Shown here: positions 25,688-36,333 of the stretch, one piece after another
Layout of the letters: the number at the start of each line of letters is the position of its first letter
Numbering within the stretch: the stretch's first letter is position 1
NCBI GenBank assembly: GCA_016220165.1
Contig: JACRIE010000042.1
Coordinates: forward strand, 20,379 to 84,378
Origin: Candidatus Peregrinibacteria bacterium
GTDB lineage: Bacteria; Patescibacteriota; Gracilibacteria; UM-FILTER-43-11; JACRIE01
DNA length: 64,000 bases
Direction of reading: 5' to 3'
The notes under the pieces: model-generated
What the model was told of the DNA's origin: nothing
The model's database searches: none
What the model saw: only the letters and a program-made list of their open reading frames with translations
Program-made: the position numbers and the translations under genes

Positions 25688-26701
25688 ATGTGTATGAGTA
25701 ATATGAATGTGAACAAAAAGATGGACGCGGTCAAGAATGCGCTCGCGCAGATCGAAAAAAACTTCGGCCAGGGCGCTGTCATGAAAATGGGCGATGTCCA
25801 GAAGATCAAAGTGGAAACGATTTCCACAGGCGCGCTTTCGCTGGACGCAGCCTTGGGGGGTGGCATTCCCCGCGGACGCATCGTCGAGATTTACGGCCCC
25901 GAATCCTCGGGAAAAACCACGCTGGCTCTGCACATCATTGCCGAGGCGCAAAAGCGCGGAGGCATCGCGGCGTTCATCGACGCGGAGCACGCGCTCGATC
26001 CTGAATACGCCAAACGGATCGGCGTGAATACGGACGAGCTACTCATTTCTCAGCCGGACAACGGCGAACAAGCGCTCGAAATCGCGGAAACCCTCACGCG
26101 CTCCGGCGGCGTGGATGTCATTGTCATCGACTCCGTGGCCGCGCTCACGCCCAAAGCCGAAATCGAAGGCATGATGGGCGACAGTTTCATGGGCCTGCAG
26201 GCCCGCCTCATGAGCCAGGCGCTCCGCAAACTCACGGGTACTATTTCAAAAACCGGCACCACGGTCGTCTTCCTCAACCAGCTCCGCATGAAGATCGGCG
26301 TGATGTTCGGCAATCCCGAAACCACCACGGGCGGCAACGCGCTCAAATTTTACGCCTCGATCCGTCTCGATATCCGCAAAATCGATAAAATCGATGTCGG
26401 CACCGGCGACGAACGCGAGATCTCGGGCAATCGCGTGCGCGTGAAGGTAGTTAAAAATAAGGTGGCGCCACCCTTCAAACAGGCTGAGTTCGACATTTTG
26501 TTTAATGAAGGCATTTCCCGCTCCGGCGACCTCATGGATCTTGCCGTCAAATACAGCGTGATTCAAAAAGCCGGCGCCTTTTTCTCATACGGCGAACATA
26601 AACTCGGCCAGGGCCGTGAAAACGCGCGCAAATTCCTCATCACCAACGTAAAAATCTCTACGGAAATAGAAAAAAAGGTGAAGGAAAAAATAGTGGCCTG
26701 A
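25688..26701 (+). CDS. recA: recombinase RecA
   Basis: [15 protein letters not shown], Walker [10 protein letters not shown] and [10 protein letters not shown]. The exact start among several nearby Met codons is uncertain. Confidence 0.95.
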   Translation: MCMSNMNVNKKMDAVKNALAQIEKNFGQGAVMKMGDVQKIKVETISTGALSLDAALGGGIPRGRIVEIYGPESSGKTTLALHIIAEAQKRGGIAAFIDAEHALDPEYAKRIGVNTDELLISQPDNGEQALEIAETLTRSGGVDVIVIDSVAALTPKAEIEGMMGDSFMGLQARLMSQALRKLTGTISKTGTTVVFLNQLRMKIGVMFGNPETTTGGNALKFYASIRLDIRKIDKIDVGTGDEREISGNRVRVKVVKNKVAPPFKQAEFDILFNEGISRSGDLMDLAVKYSVIQKAGAFFSYGEHKLGQGRENARKFLITNVKISTEIEKKVKEKIVA

Positions 26702-26747
26702 AAGACGCGCTGTGACTATAATAGGGGAAAATAATACCAAAACCCTT

Positions 26748-28208
26748 ATGAAAAAATCATTATTACTTCTGTGTGCTGTTTTTGGCATATGGACAGCAGT
26801 CCTGCCGGCTCAGGCGCAGGAAGCGCCCTTCTTTTCAGAAACAACTCAGAAGCTGTTCACGGTTTCCGGAGAATTTCTTCCTGCCACGCTGGTCGATTTC
26901 AGTGTGAGCCGCGACGGAAAAAGTGTCGCCTATAGCCTCTTGCAGGGAAATAAAGAATGGGTGGTATTCAACGGAAAACCCGGAAAACAGTACGACAACG
27001 TGAGCCTGCTCACCGTGTCACCCGACGGAAAAAGTGTTTTTTATGCGGCCAAAAACGACAATTCGGATAATGAAATTCTGGTAATGAATGGACGCGAGGA
27101 AAGAAGGGCGGGAAGAATCATCACCGCCGACAATGAAACCATTCCATTTTTTAAAAACGAGCCTGTATATTACACCTATTCCGAAGCCAGGGATACGGTT
27201 GCGCTCTACATCGGCGCTAAAAAAATCATCGGCGGACAATTTCCTTTCTTTGATAAAAATTTTACAAAAATGGGATACCTTCTCCAGACACGGCTGAAAG
27301 ATGGAACTGCGATCCAGTCCCTGGTAGACGATGAAAACGGAAGGAAAGGGAAAGTGTATGAAATGATTTATGGCACTCAATTCAATGACGATGGAACCAT
27401 CTCCTATCTTGCCAAAGCTAAAAATGGATTCTTTCTGGTACGGGATAACCGTGAAATTCTTTCGTACCCCGCCCTCCCGGATGAAAATCTCGACTACTGG
27501 TCTGCCAAAATAAGCCCTGACGGAAAAAATATGATATTCGATATGGATATTCACAAAAAAACAGTGACCGAAGAAAGCGTGCATGTGAATCCATGGGATT
27601 TCGACTCATATCATTATGTCGGAAAACGTAAAAGCGAACGACGTGACGCCATGGTGGGGGCAACGAATCTGATGCTTTTCAGCCCCGACTCCAAAAGAAC
27701 CGCGTACACCGTGTACAGGAACGGCGTTAGGGTTGCCGTTGACGGCAAGGAAGGGCCAACCGCATTTAGCGACATGGAAAACATCACGTTCAGCCCGGAC
27801 TCTAAACACGTGGCTTATATCGGAATGAAGTCGTACGCGGTCAACGTTTCCGAAAATAAGCTACGCTTCACCTACTTCCGTCCAAGAAGCCTCATACTAG
27901 ACGGCAAGGAAATCAAAACATACGGCTTCGATGACGTCGGAGACGGAGGATACGTGGGCGGCTATCTCGAATTCACACCCAAGGGAAACGGCCTCGTTTA
28001 CACCACCTACAACAACATGACGCTCGAACAAAAATTCGTGGTGGAAGGAAAAGAATTGAAAGACTATTATACAAGTGACCCTCAATCCACTATTTCTCCT
28101 TTCATATTCAATGAGGACGGCACAAAAGTGGGAATCTTTGCCATGAAAACCAACCCGGACACTTCGCTGGAAGAAGGATGGTGGATCGTGGAAGACCTGG
28201 AACAATAA
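26748..28208 (+). CDS. secreted beta-propeller-like repeat protein
   Basis: Signal peptide MKKSLLLLCAVFGIWTAVLPAQA; recurring SPDGK(S/N)x.Y motifs reminiscent of TolB/WD40-like repeats. Confidence 0.55.
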   Translation: MKKSLLLLCAVFGIWTAVLPAQAQEAPFFSETTQKLFTVSGEFLPATLVDFSVSRDGKSVAYSLLQGNKEWVVFNGKPGKQYDNVSLLTVSPDGKSVFYAAKNDNSDNEILVMNGREERRAGRIITADNETIPFFKNEPVYYTYSEARDTVALYIGAKKIIGGQFPFFDKNFTKMGYLLQTRLKDGTAIQSLVDDENGRKGKVYEMIYGTQFNDDGTISYLAKAKNGFFLVRDNREILSYPALPDENLDYWSAKISPDGKNMIFDMDIHKKTVTEESVHVNPWDFDSYHYVGKRKSERRDAMVGATNLMLFSPDSKRTAYTVYRNGVRVAVDGKEGPTAFSDMENITFSPDSKHVAYIGMKSYAVNVSENKLRFTYFRPRSLILDGKEIKTYGFDDVGDGGYVGGYLEFTPKGNGLVYTTYNNMTLEQKFVVEGKELKDYYTSDPQSTISPFIFNEDGTKVGIFAMKTNPDTSLEEGWWIVEDLEQ

Positions 28209-28285
28209 GCCATTTTATCGTTCACCCTTGCTCCCCGATTTTTCCTTCGCTACAATGGGGCCAATACCCGCACTTTGCTCGCCCT

Positions 28286-29218
28286 ATGATCCCAACTTTC
28301 CCCGCTAGACTGTCACAAAAAGAGCGTCTTCTCAAAGCCGTCACCATGCGGCGCGATATCGTCACCATGACTCATGCCGCGGGTTCCGGGCATCCCGGAG
28401 GTTCGCTTTCCGCCGTGGAACTTCTCGTCGCCCTCTTTTTTGAACATTTGAAACACAATCCCGCCGATCCCCAGTGGAAAGAGCGGGATTTTATGATTTT
28501 CTGCAAATGCCACATCACACCTACCATTTATTCGATCCTCGCGCGCAGCGGCTATTTTTCTCCCGAAATTCTTCTCACATTCCGTAAATTCGGCTCTCCA
28601 TTGCAAGGTCATCCCTACCGTTTTTATCCTGCGGGCATCGAAATGTCCGGCGGATCCTTGGGACAAAATCTTTCCATTGCCGGCGGCGTGGCGCTCGGGC
28701 TCAAAACTCAGGGAAAACCAAACCGAGTTTACGCGCTCTCCAGCGAAGGAGACCTTCAGGAAGGGCAAAGCTGGGAAGCGATCATGTCCGCGGCCCACTT
28801 CCGCCTTGATAACCTGTGCCTCTTGGTCGACTACAACAAACTGCAGATCGACGGTTACGTCGAAGACGTGATGGGAGTGCATCCGCTCGATGAGAAGTTT
28901 CGGAGCTTCAACTGGCACGTCCTTTCCGTGGAAAACGGCCATGATTTCAATGAAATCAACGCGGCCATATCCTCGGCGAAAACGCTGACCGGAAGGCCCC
29001 AGGTCATCATCGCGCACACGGTCAAAGGTAAGGGGATATCGTTCATGGAGAATCAGGCCGGATGGCATGGCAAAGCTCCCAACGCGGATGAATGTCAAAA
29101 AGCGCTCATCGAACTCGCACAGCAGGAGGAACTGATTTTACAAAACGATCTGGTTCCCGCCTCCCCCATTAGCTACACCTTCAAAATCAAAGAGAAAATC
29201 CCCCCTTATAAAGTCTAA
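28286..29218 (+). CDS. transketolase, N-terminal subunit
   Basis: GSGHPGGSLS and thiamine-diphosphate-binding region GDLQEGQSWEA. Start chosen at Met 28286 to avoid overlap with the upstream gene. Confidence 0.85.
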   Translation: MIPTFPARLSQKERLLKAVTMRRDIVTMTHAAGSGHPGGSLSAVELLVALFFEHLKHNPADPQWKERDFMIFCKCHITPTIYSILARSGYFSPEILLTFRKFGSPLQGHPYRFYPAGIEMSGGSLGQNLSIAGGVALGLKTQGKPNRVYALSSEGDLQEGQSWEAIMSAAHFRLDNLCLLVDYNKLQIDGYVEDVMGVHPLDEKFRSFNWHVLSVENGHDFNEINAAISSAKTLTGRPQVIIAHTVKGKGISFMENQAGWHGKAPNADECQKALIELAQQEELILQNDLVPASPISYTFKIKEKIPPYKV

Positions 29219-29245
29219 TTCCTGCAACCTACAACCTAATTCCTA

Positions 29246-30214
29246 ATGAATAAGCGAGAAATGCTCCTCCAAAGGCAAGGCTGGGCCGACGCCCTCATTG
29301 AATTGGGAACGAAAGACCCGCGGGTCGTCGTCCTGGACGCGGACCTGGCCAAATCCACGCTCACCTGCCAGTTCAGGGATAAATTCCCGAAGCGCTTTTT
29401 TGACATGGGAATCGCGGAACAAAACATGGTGAATACCGCCGGCGGACTCTCGCTGACAGGCCTCATACCCTTCGTCACAACGTATGGCGTGTTCGTGTCC
29501 GGGCGCGCGTGGGAGCAGATCCGCACGAGCGTGTGCTACGGAAAACTGAACGTCAAATTCGGCGGCGCCCACGGCGGCATTTCCGTGGGGCCTGATGGCG
29601 CCACGCACCAGGCGCTCGAAGAAATCTCTATCATGCGGGTACTGCCGGAAATGACAGTTCTCGTGCCCGCGGATTATCACGAAACCAAAAAGGCGGTACT
29701 GGCCTCCGCGTCGATCGACGGTCCGGTTTACATCCGCTTCGGGCGCAAAAAAACGCCCGTGGTAACCGCTAAAGACACGCCCTTTGAAGTAGGGAAAGCC
29801 ATTATCATGAAGCAAGGCACGGATCTCACGATCATTGCCTGCGGTACCATGGTAGCCTCTGCGCTCGACACCGCGGAACGATTAGAAAAAGAAGGCGTTT
29901 CCGCTGAAGTCATCAATCTACATACCATTAAACCGATTGACCGGGACGCGATTGTCAGCTCCGTCCGAAAAACTGGTTGCCTTGTGACCGCAGAAGAGCA
30001 CCAGTTGGCGGGCGGAATGGGAAGCGCTGTCCTTGAAGTATTGGCTGAAGAAATGCCAGTTCCTGTCGAACGCGTCGGCATCCGGGACACCTTTGGCGAG
30101 TCCGGAACGCCGCAGGAACTGATGGAAAAATACGGCATCACCTCCAAAGAGATCTTCGAAAAAGCCCATTCAGCGCTTTCGCGCAAAAAAATAGACATTA
30201 GAAGCCTGTCCTGA
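29246..30214 (+). CDS. transketolase, C-terminal subunit
   Basis: FFDMGIAEQNMV and GPDGATHQALEEISIMRVLP. Confidence 0.85.
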   Translation: MNKREMLLQRQGWADALIELGTKDPRVVVLDADLAKSTLTCQFRDKFPKRFFDMGIAEQNMVNTAGGLSLTGLIPFVTTYGVFVSGRAWEQIRTSVCYGKLNVKFGGAHGGISVGPDGATHQALEEISIMRVLPEMTVLVPADYHETKKAVLASASIDGPVYIRFGRKKTPVVTAKDTPFEVGKAIIMKQGTDLTIIACGTMVASALDTAERLEKEGVSAEVINLHTIKPIDRDAIVSSVRKTGCLVTAEEHQLAGGMGSAVLEVLAEEMPVPVERVGIRDTFGESGTPQELMEKYGITSKEIFEKAHSALSRKKIDIRSLS

Positions 30215-30269
30215 ATCCAGCTTGTCCTGAATTACATTAAAGGATTGAAGGATTAGGATTTAGAAATTT

Positions 30270-30292
30270 AAAATTTTATCAAATAAAATTTT
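30270..30292 (+). promoter_or_regulatory. 23-nt A/T palindrome abutting ATG
   Basis: AAAATTTTATCAAATAAAATTTT followed directly by ATG. Confidence 0.6.
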
Positions 30293-31507
30293 ATGAAGCC
30301 CTTCTCTTCCCGCCTTCCCCGCTTGGGGACTGAAAACGCCTTCGCGGTGATCACCAAAGCCAAAAAATTTGAACGGGAAGTCTTGCAACCGCAAGGCAAA
30401 CATCTCGTCTATTTACAAATCGGAGAACCGGGTTTTGATACGCCGGAAAACATCAATAAAGCCGCCATCAGAGCGATCAAAGACAATCAAACTCACTACA
30501 CAGCGACTCCGGGTATTCATGAATTACGCGAGGCCGTGGCCAGAGAATCTTCCAGGAATAGCTGTATGCCATACGAAGCCGAAGATGTCGTGATTGTGCC
30601 GGGAGGAAAACCGGTCATGTTTTACATGATTCAGGCGCTCATCGACCCGGGAGATGAAGTAATCATCCCTAATCCAGGTTATCCCATTTATGGCTCCGTC
30701 ACGGAATTTTTGGGTGGCAAAGTGGTTCCCATCCAATTAAAAGAAGAAAATAATTTTAATTTTTCAGCGGAAGAACTGGAGCGATGCATTACCCCGAAAA
30801 CCAAGTTGATCATCGTTAACTCGCCGCAAAACCCTACAGGGGGTGTGTACACCAAAGAGCTTCTTGGACAAATCGCTGAAATCGCGATCAGACACGACCT
30901 CTGGGTCCTCTCGGACGAAATTTACGATAAAATCGTGCATGATGGAACTCATGTTTCCATTACAAGCTTCGCGGGGATGCCGGAACGGACCGTGCTTCTG
31001 AATGGCTGTTCAAAAGCCTACGCCATGACCGGCTATCGCGTCGGCTGGAGCGTGACAAAAAATCGTGAAATGGCCATTGCTTTGGAACGTCTCGCCTGCA
31101 ACGATGTTTCCTGCGTCAACACCATGGCGCAATTCGCGGCTCTGGAAGCACTTACAGGATCCGTCACTCAGAAAGCCGTGGACAAAATGGTCATAGAATA
31201 CCGCCAGCGCCGCGATCTGATGGTAAAACTCGTCAATGAAATTCCCGGCATGCGTTGCCATTCGCCCAAAGGCGCGTTCTATTTGATGGTGAACGTCCGC
31301 CGGCTCCTCGACGCGCTCAAAATCACAGGAGCGGAATTTTGCGATCGGGTCATGAAAGAAGCCAATGTGCTCATCCTCCCGGGAACGGTTTTCGGCCTCT
31401 TCGGCGACGACTTTGTGCGCTTCTCTTACGTGTCGACCGAAGAAAAAATCAAAGAAGGTTTAGCGCGAATCAGGGACTGGATCCAAAAGATTGCGCTGCC
31501 GCTCTGA
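30293..31507 (+). CDS. pyridoxal-phosphate-dependent aminotransferase (class I/II, aspartate aminotransferase-like)
   Basis: SKAYAMTGYRVGW (PLP lysine motif) and NPQNPTGGVY. Confidence 0.8.
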   Translation: MKPFSSRLPRLGTENAFAVITKAKKFEREVLQPQGKHLVYLQIGEPGFDTPENINKAAIRAIKDNQTHYTATPGIHELREAVARESSRNSCMPYEAEDVVIVPGGKPVMFYMIQALIDPGDEVIIPNPGYPIYGSVTEFLGGKVVPIQLKEENNFNFSAEELERCITPKTKLIIVNSPQNPTGGVYTKELLGQIAEIAIRHDLWVLSDEIYDKIVHDGTHVSITSFAGMPERTVLLNGCSKAYAMTGYRVGWSVTKNREMAIALERLACNDVSCVNTMAQFAALEALTGSVTQKAVDKMVIEYRQRRDLMVKLVNEIPGMRCHSPKGAFYLMVNVRRLLDALKITGAEFCDRVMKEANVLILPGTVFGLFGDDFVRFSYVSTEEKIKEGLARIRDWIQKIALPL

Positions 31508-31529
31508 AACGGTTAGAATGGGTTTTGCT

Positions 31530-32906
31530 ATGGAGCAAATTGGCAAAATTCCACCGCATAATAAAGAGGCGGAACAGTCCGTTCTGGGATCTATCCTGCT
31601 GGACAAAGACGCCCTCATTAAAATCGTTGACCTGATCACCAAGGTCGACTTTTATTATGAAATTCATGCCCTCATTTTCGAGGCCATGTCCGATCTATTC
31701 CGCCGTCACGACCCGATCGATATTCTCACGCTCACGAATCTATTGGAGGAGCGCGGTCAGCTGGAAACCATTGGAGGTCCTGCTTATTTGGCGGAACTGA
31801 CTTCGGCCGTTCCCACGGCCACGCACATCTTTAAGTACGCGCAAATCGTCAAAAATAAAGCTACGTTACGCCGTATGATCAGCGTGGGGCAGCGAATCAC
31901 GGGATTTGGTTTTAACGAAGAAGAGGAAATCGAACAATTATTAGAGCAAAGCGAAAAAGAAGTATTCAATATCTCTCAAACCTTTTTAAAAGATCGTTTT
32001 GTCCACGTTCGGGATGTTCTGGCCGCGCGCTACGAGGAACTGTCGGCCATCTACATGGCCGACGAGAAAGACCGGTTCAAGGGCGTTTCAAGCGGCTTCA
32101 AAAGCATCGACTTCCTCCTGTCCGGCCTTCAGCCCGCGGATCTGATCATCATTGCCGCGCGCCCTAGTATGGGAAAAACCGCGCTGGCGCTCTCCATTGT
32201 CCAAAAAATATCCATCGAAAGTTCTCAGCGAAAAACCGTGGGGATCTTTTCCCTAGAAATGTCCCGCGAACAGCTTGTGGACCGCATGTTCTGCTCTTTG
32301 CTCGGGATCGATTCCTCCAAAATGCAGAAAGGACAGCTCACGGATCGGGATTTTCAGAACATGGGCCCCATCATGGACAAATTGAACCAGGCACCGATCT
32401 TTATCGACGATTCCGTGACATCTTCAATCGTGGAACTTCGAGCCAAGGCCCGCCGCTTACAAATGGAACATGGATTGGATCTGCTGGTGGTTGACTATCT
32501 CCAGCTTATGACCACAGGCAATCCGGCCTATCAGGCCAATCGTGTTCAGGAAATTTCCGAAATTTCCCGCTCGCTCAAATCCCTGGGCCGTGAATTGCAT
32601 GTGCCCGTGATTGCTTTATCTCAGCTCTCGCGCGCGGTAGAACTACGCAACCCGAAAATTCCGCAGCTTTCCGATCTTCGTGAGTCCGGCTCCATCGAAC
32701 AAGACGCTGATGTGGTGATGATGCTCTACCGGAGAGATTATTACGAAGAAAATCTCCCCGAAGATGAAATCGGCATCACCGATATTTATGTGCGCAAACA
32801 CCGTAATGGCCCGACAGGAAGAGCTCAATTACGCTTCGATAAATCTCAAATGCGCTTTTATGACATCGACAAACGCTTCCATCCCGAAGAGATAGGCGCC
32901 GACTAA
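31530..32906 (+). CDS. dnaB: replicative DNA helicase DnaB
   Basis: PPHNKEAEQSVLGSILLD, Walker A ARPSMGKTA, LVVDYLQLM and SQLSRAVE. Confidence 0.9.
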   Translation: MEQIGKIPPHNKEAEQSVLGSILLDKDALIKIVDLITKVDFYYEIHALIFEAMSDLFRRHDPIDILTLTNLLEERGQLETIGGPAYLAELTSAVPTATHIFKYAQIVKNKATLRRMISVGQRITGFGFNEEEEIEQLLEQSEKEVFNISQTFLKDRFVHVRDVLAARYEELSAIYMADEKDRFKGVSSGFKSIDFLLSGLQPADLIIIAARPSMGKTALALSIVQKISIESSQRKTVGIFSLEMSREQLVDRMFCSLLGIDSSKMQKGQLTDRDFQNMGPIMDKLNQAPIFIDDSVTSSIVELRAKARRLQMEHGLDLLVVDYLQLMTTGNPAYQANRVQEISEISRSLKSLGRELHVPVIALSQLSRAVELRNPKIPQLSDLRESGSIEQDADVVMMLYRRDYYEENLPEDEIGITDIYVRKHRNGPTGRAQLRFDKSQMRFYDIDKRFHPEEIGAD

Positions 32907-32990
32907 CATTTTACACCTGACATATGATTCACACCTGACGCCTGACTTTTAAGATTCTGGTCAGATGTCATGTGTCAGATGTCATGTGTA

Positions 32991-33013
32991 AAAATTTTAT
33001 CTTATAAAATTTT
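32991..33013 (+). promoter_or_regulatory. 23-nt A/T palindrome abutting the mraY ATG
   Basis: AAAATTTTATCTTATAAAATTTT followed directly by ATG. Confidence 0.6.
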
Positions 33014-34060
33014 ATGACCCACATCCCTCAACTCATTTGGATTTTCAGCTGGACGATTTTTTGCTTTTTAATCACGCTTCTCCTTACTCCGCTCTTTTTG
33101 AGATTGGTCGACAGGCTCCATCTTAAAAAAACAATCCGTGATACAACAATGGATGGAAAAGCCGCTACTATTTTTCGCGAATTGCATCTCAAAAAAACAG
33201 GGACTCCAACCATGGGGGGCGTAATCATATGGGGAGCGATAATAATGGTTATTCTTTTTTCGCGATTGCTGGCCCTGATGGGAATCATCCAAAAATCACT
33301 CCTGGATCGCGGTGAGGTCTATTTGCCGCTCTTCACACTGCTGGCCGTGGGAATTCTGGGGGCCGTCGACGATCTTCTGAACATTAAGGGGGTGGGGGGG
33401 CAAAAAGGCATGAACGCCGTTCGAAAATTCGCGTGGCTGACCCTTTTCGGGCTCCTGGGCGCCGCCTGGTTTTACTTTAAACTGGATTTTTCCAGTATCC
33501 ATATCCCGCGCGTGGGCGATTTTGAGATCGGCTGGCTCTACATTCCCCTCTTCGTTCTGGTGATCGTCTCGACTGCCAACGCCGTGAATTTTACGGACGG
33601 GCTGGACGGCCTCGCGGGGGGACTCCTCATCCTGGCGTTCGCGACCTTCGGAGCCATTGCCTACGCCAAAGGCATGCCGACACTGGCCGCGTTTTGCGGC
33701 GTTGTGATTGGAGCATTGCTCGCCTTTCTTTGGCATAACATTCCGCCGGCGTTGTTTTATATGGGCGACACGGGCGCGTTGGCGCTTGGCGCGACTCTCG
33801 GGGTCATCGCGATGATGACAAATTCATTAGTAATTCTGATCATCGCGGGCATTCTTTTCGTCGTGGAAACGATCTCCGTCATCCTACAGTTGACATGGAA
33901 AAAGTGTTTTCATCGAAAACTCTTCCTCATCGCGCCGCTCCATCACCATTTTGAAAAAAAGGGCTGGGGCGAAGCCAAAATCACCATGCGATTTTGGATT
34001 ATCGGCGCCATGGCCTCCGTCATAGGCCTGATCATCGGTCTCATTGGCATGGGGCATTAA
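33014..34060 (+). CDS. mraY: phospho-N-acetylmuramoyl-pentapeptide transferase
   Basis: Polytopic membrane protein with NAVNFTDGLDGLA, MGDTGALALG and APLHHHFE. Confidence 0.9.
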   Translation: MTHIPQLIWIFSWTIFCFLITLLLTPLFLRLVDRLHLKKTIRDTTMDGKAATIFRELHLKKTGTPTMGGVIIWGAIIMVILFSRLLALMGIIQKSLLDRGEVYLPLFTLLAVGILGAVDDLLNIKGVGGQKGMNAVRKFAWLTLFGLLGAAWFYFKLDFSSIHIPRVGDFEIGWLYIPLFVLVIVSTANAVNFTDGLDGLAGGLLILAFATFGAIAYAKGMPTLAAFCGVVIGALLAFLWHNIPPALFYMGDTGALALGATLGVIAMMTNSLVILIIAGILFVVETISVILQLTWKKCFHRKLFLIAPLHHHFEKKGWGEAKITMRFWIIGAMASVIGLIIGLIGMGH

Positions 34061-34069
34061 AAACAAAAA

Positions 34070-34101
34070 TTCCCTCTTGATAAAGAGGGTTAGGGAGATT
34101 T
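34070..34101. repeat. CCCTCT..AGAGGG hairpin unit (third copy)
   Basis: TTCCCTCTTGATAAAGAGGGTTAGGGAGATTT, 10 nt after the mraY stop. Confidence 0.7.
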
Positions 34102-34205
34102 AAAAAGAAAAAAATAAAATAAATTCCATTTTTGTAAAGTTATTTTAAAATTCAGGAGCCTTTCCTGGATTGTTTTTTTGGCTGTTTAATGCTAAAATAA
34201 TAGGA

Positions 34206-36185
34206 ATGAATAACGAATCAGTTGTCTTCAACGAAGCGGAAAAGAAAAGCGCAAAAAAACCTGGTTTTTGGGCGCTCCTAAAGGCTGGGCTTCTGGCGCG
34301 CCATCGCCAAGGAGCGAAGCCTGCTGCGTCAAACCCCTCAACGGCCGTCAAGGATCATCCTTTAAACGTGGATAAACCTGAAGCGACCGCGACTGCGGGA
34401 AACGATGAAAAAATAGATGTCAAAGCGATCAAAGAAGCTGAAAAAACATACCGTTTGGGCCTGGCCACCATCAAAGACCTGATCAGTCCTTCCTCGTTGG
34501 ACTTCAGCTACAACCAATTCCGGCTCGGCGGGCTCTATGCCAAGAGCTTTTTTGTATACACCTATCCGCGCTATCTGGACGTCAACTGGCTCTCTCCGAT
34601 CATCAATTTTGACGTCACCATGGACATTTCCATGTTCGTCTATCCCGCGAGCAGCGCGATCATCATGAAATTCCTCAAAAACAAGGTGGCCCAAATTGAA
34701 TCCACCATGCACATCGAACAGGAAAAGGGGCTTGTGAGCGATCCCGCATTGGAAACCGCCCTTCAGGATGCCGAAGAATTGCGCCGGAATATTCAGCGCG
34801 GCGAGGAAAAATTTTTCCAGTACGCTCTCTACTTCACGATCTACGCCGAAAATGAAGAAAAGCTAAAGAAGGCGGTCACTCGCCTCGAAAGCGCCCTGGG
34901 GGGACGACTCGTCCTGACTAAAAGCGCGGATTTACAGATGGAACACGCGTTCAATTCCTGCCTGCCTTTGGCCATGGATGAATTGGAAGTGTATCGCAAT
35001 ATGAACACCAATCCCCTGTCGACCACGTTCCCCTTCAGTTCTACGGATCTTACCTCCGGCGAAGGAATTTTGTATGGAATCAACCGTCACAACGACAGTT
35101 TGATTATTTTTGATCGGTTCTCATTGGAAAACGCCAACTCAGTCATTTTCGCCAAATCCGGCGCGGGTAAATCATACGCCATCAAACTCGAAATTCTGCG
35201 TTCCATGATGCTCGGCACCGACGTTATCGTGATCGATCCGGAAAACGAATACGAAATGCTGGCCAACACGGTCGGCGGTACCTATTTGCGGGTTTCCCTC
35301 AATTCCGAACAGCGCATCAATCCTTTTGATCTTCCAACCCCCATGCAGGGAGAAGATGAAAAACCGGGCGATTTACTACGCAGTAATATCATTTCGCTTC
35401 ATGGACTTCTCAACTTGATGCTCGGAAAATTGACGCCCGAAGAAGAAGGATTGATGGACAAGGCTTTAATTGATACCTACGCCCTAAAAGGCGTCACGAT
35501 GGACACGCCGAATCCCGGGGCCATGACGCCGCCCACCATGGAGGATCTTTACGATATTCTTACGAATATCCGAGGTGCTGAAAATCTGGCGCAGCGCTTG
35601 CAAAAGTATACGGTTGGAACCTTCTCGGGAATCTTCAATAAACCCACGAATGTCGATCTAAAATCAGGACTCGTGGTATTCTGCATTCGGGATCTCGAGG
35701 ATATGCTGCGCCCCATCGCCACATATATCATTTTGAATTACATCTGGAATCGCGTCCGTTCCGAACTCAAAAAGCGCCTCCTGGTCATCGATGAGGCCTG
35801 GTCCATGATGCAACATGAGGACAGTGCCCGATTCCTTTATGGCCTCGTAAAACGCGCCCGCAAATACTATTTGGGAATTACCACGGTCACTCAGGACGTG
35901 GAGGATTTCATCCGATCCGATTACGGCAAGCCGATCATCACAAACTCATCCATGCAGTTGCTTTTGAAGCAATCGCCCGGATCCGTCGACGGTCTTGTAA
36001 AGCTATTCAACCTCACCGAAGGAGAAAAGTACCTTCTCCTCAACTCAGACATTGGACAGGGACTTTTTTTCGCGGGCTTGAAGCATGTGGCCATTCAAAT
36101 CATCGCGAGCTACAACGAAGATCGCGTCATTACCACAAACCCCCAGGAAATTCTCCGCCGCCAGCAGGGCGAACTGTCAAAATAA
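34206..36185 (+). CDS. VirB4/TraC-like (DUF87-type) secretion/conjugation ATPase
   Basis: Walker A AKSGAGKSYAIK, Walker B LLVIDEAWSM, and overall VirB4-like layout. Confidence 0.7.
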   Translation: MNNESVVFNEAEKKSAKKPGFWALLKAGLLARHRQGAKPAASNPSTAVKDHPLNVDKPEATATAGNDEKIDVKAIKEAEKTYRLGLATIKDLISPSSLDFSYNQFRLGGLYAKSFFVYTYPRYLDVNWLSPIINFDVTMDISMFVYPASSAIIMKFLKNKVAQIESTMHIEQEKGLVSDPALETALQDAEELRRNIQRGEEKFFQYALYFTIYAENEEKLKKAVTRLESALGGRLVLTKSADLQMEHAFNSCLPLAMDELEVYRNMNTNPLSTTFPFSSTDLTSGEGILYGINRHNDSLIIFDRFSLENANSVIFAKSGAGKSYAIKLEILRSMMLGTDVIVIDPENEYEMLANTVGGTYLRVSLNSEQRINPFDLPTPMQGEDEKPGDLLRSNIISLHGLLNLMLGKLTPEEEGLMDKALIDTYALKGVTMDTPNPGAMTPPTMEDLYDILTNIRGAENLAQRLQKYTVGTFSGIFNKPTNVDLKSGLVVFCIRDLEDMLRPIATYIILNYIWNRVRSELKKRLLVIDEAWSMMQHEDSARFLYGLVKRARKYYLGITTVTQDVEDFIRSDYGKPIITNSSMQLLLKQSPGSVDGLVKLFNLTEGEKYLLLNSDIGQGLFFAGLKHVAIQIIASYNEDRVITTNPQEILRRQQGELSK

Positions 36186-36333
36186 TGTCATTATTGACGC
36201 GGCCTTTCATTTCTATTTGACTTTTAAATAATTTCGTTTATACTTCGCCCGTGCTTCGTTTCTTGATCTAATGCGCTTTTATAGCGATGATGACTCAGGA
36301 TAAGAAGCGTTTATATCTTATCCTTATTTTTTT

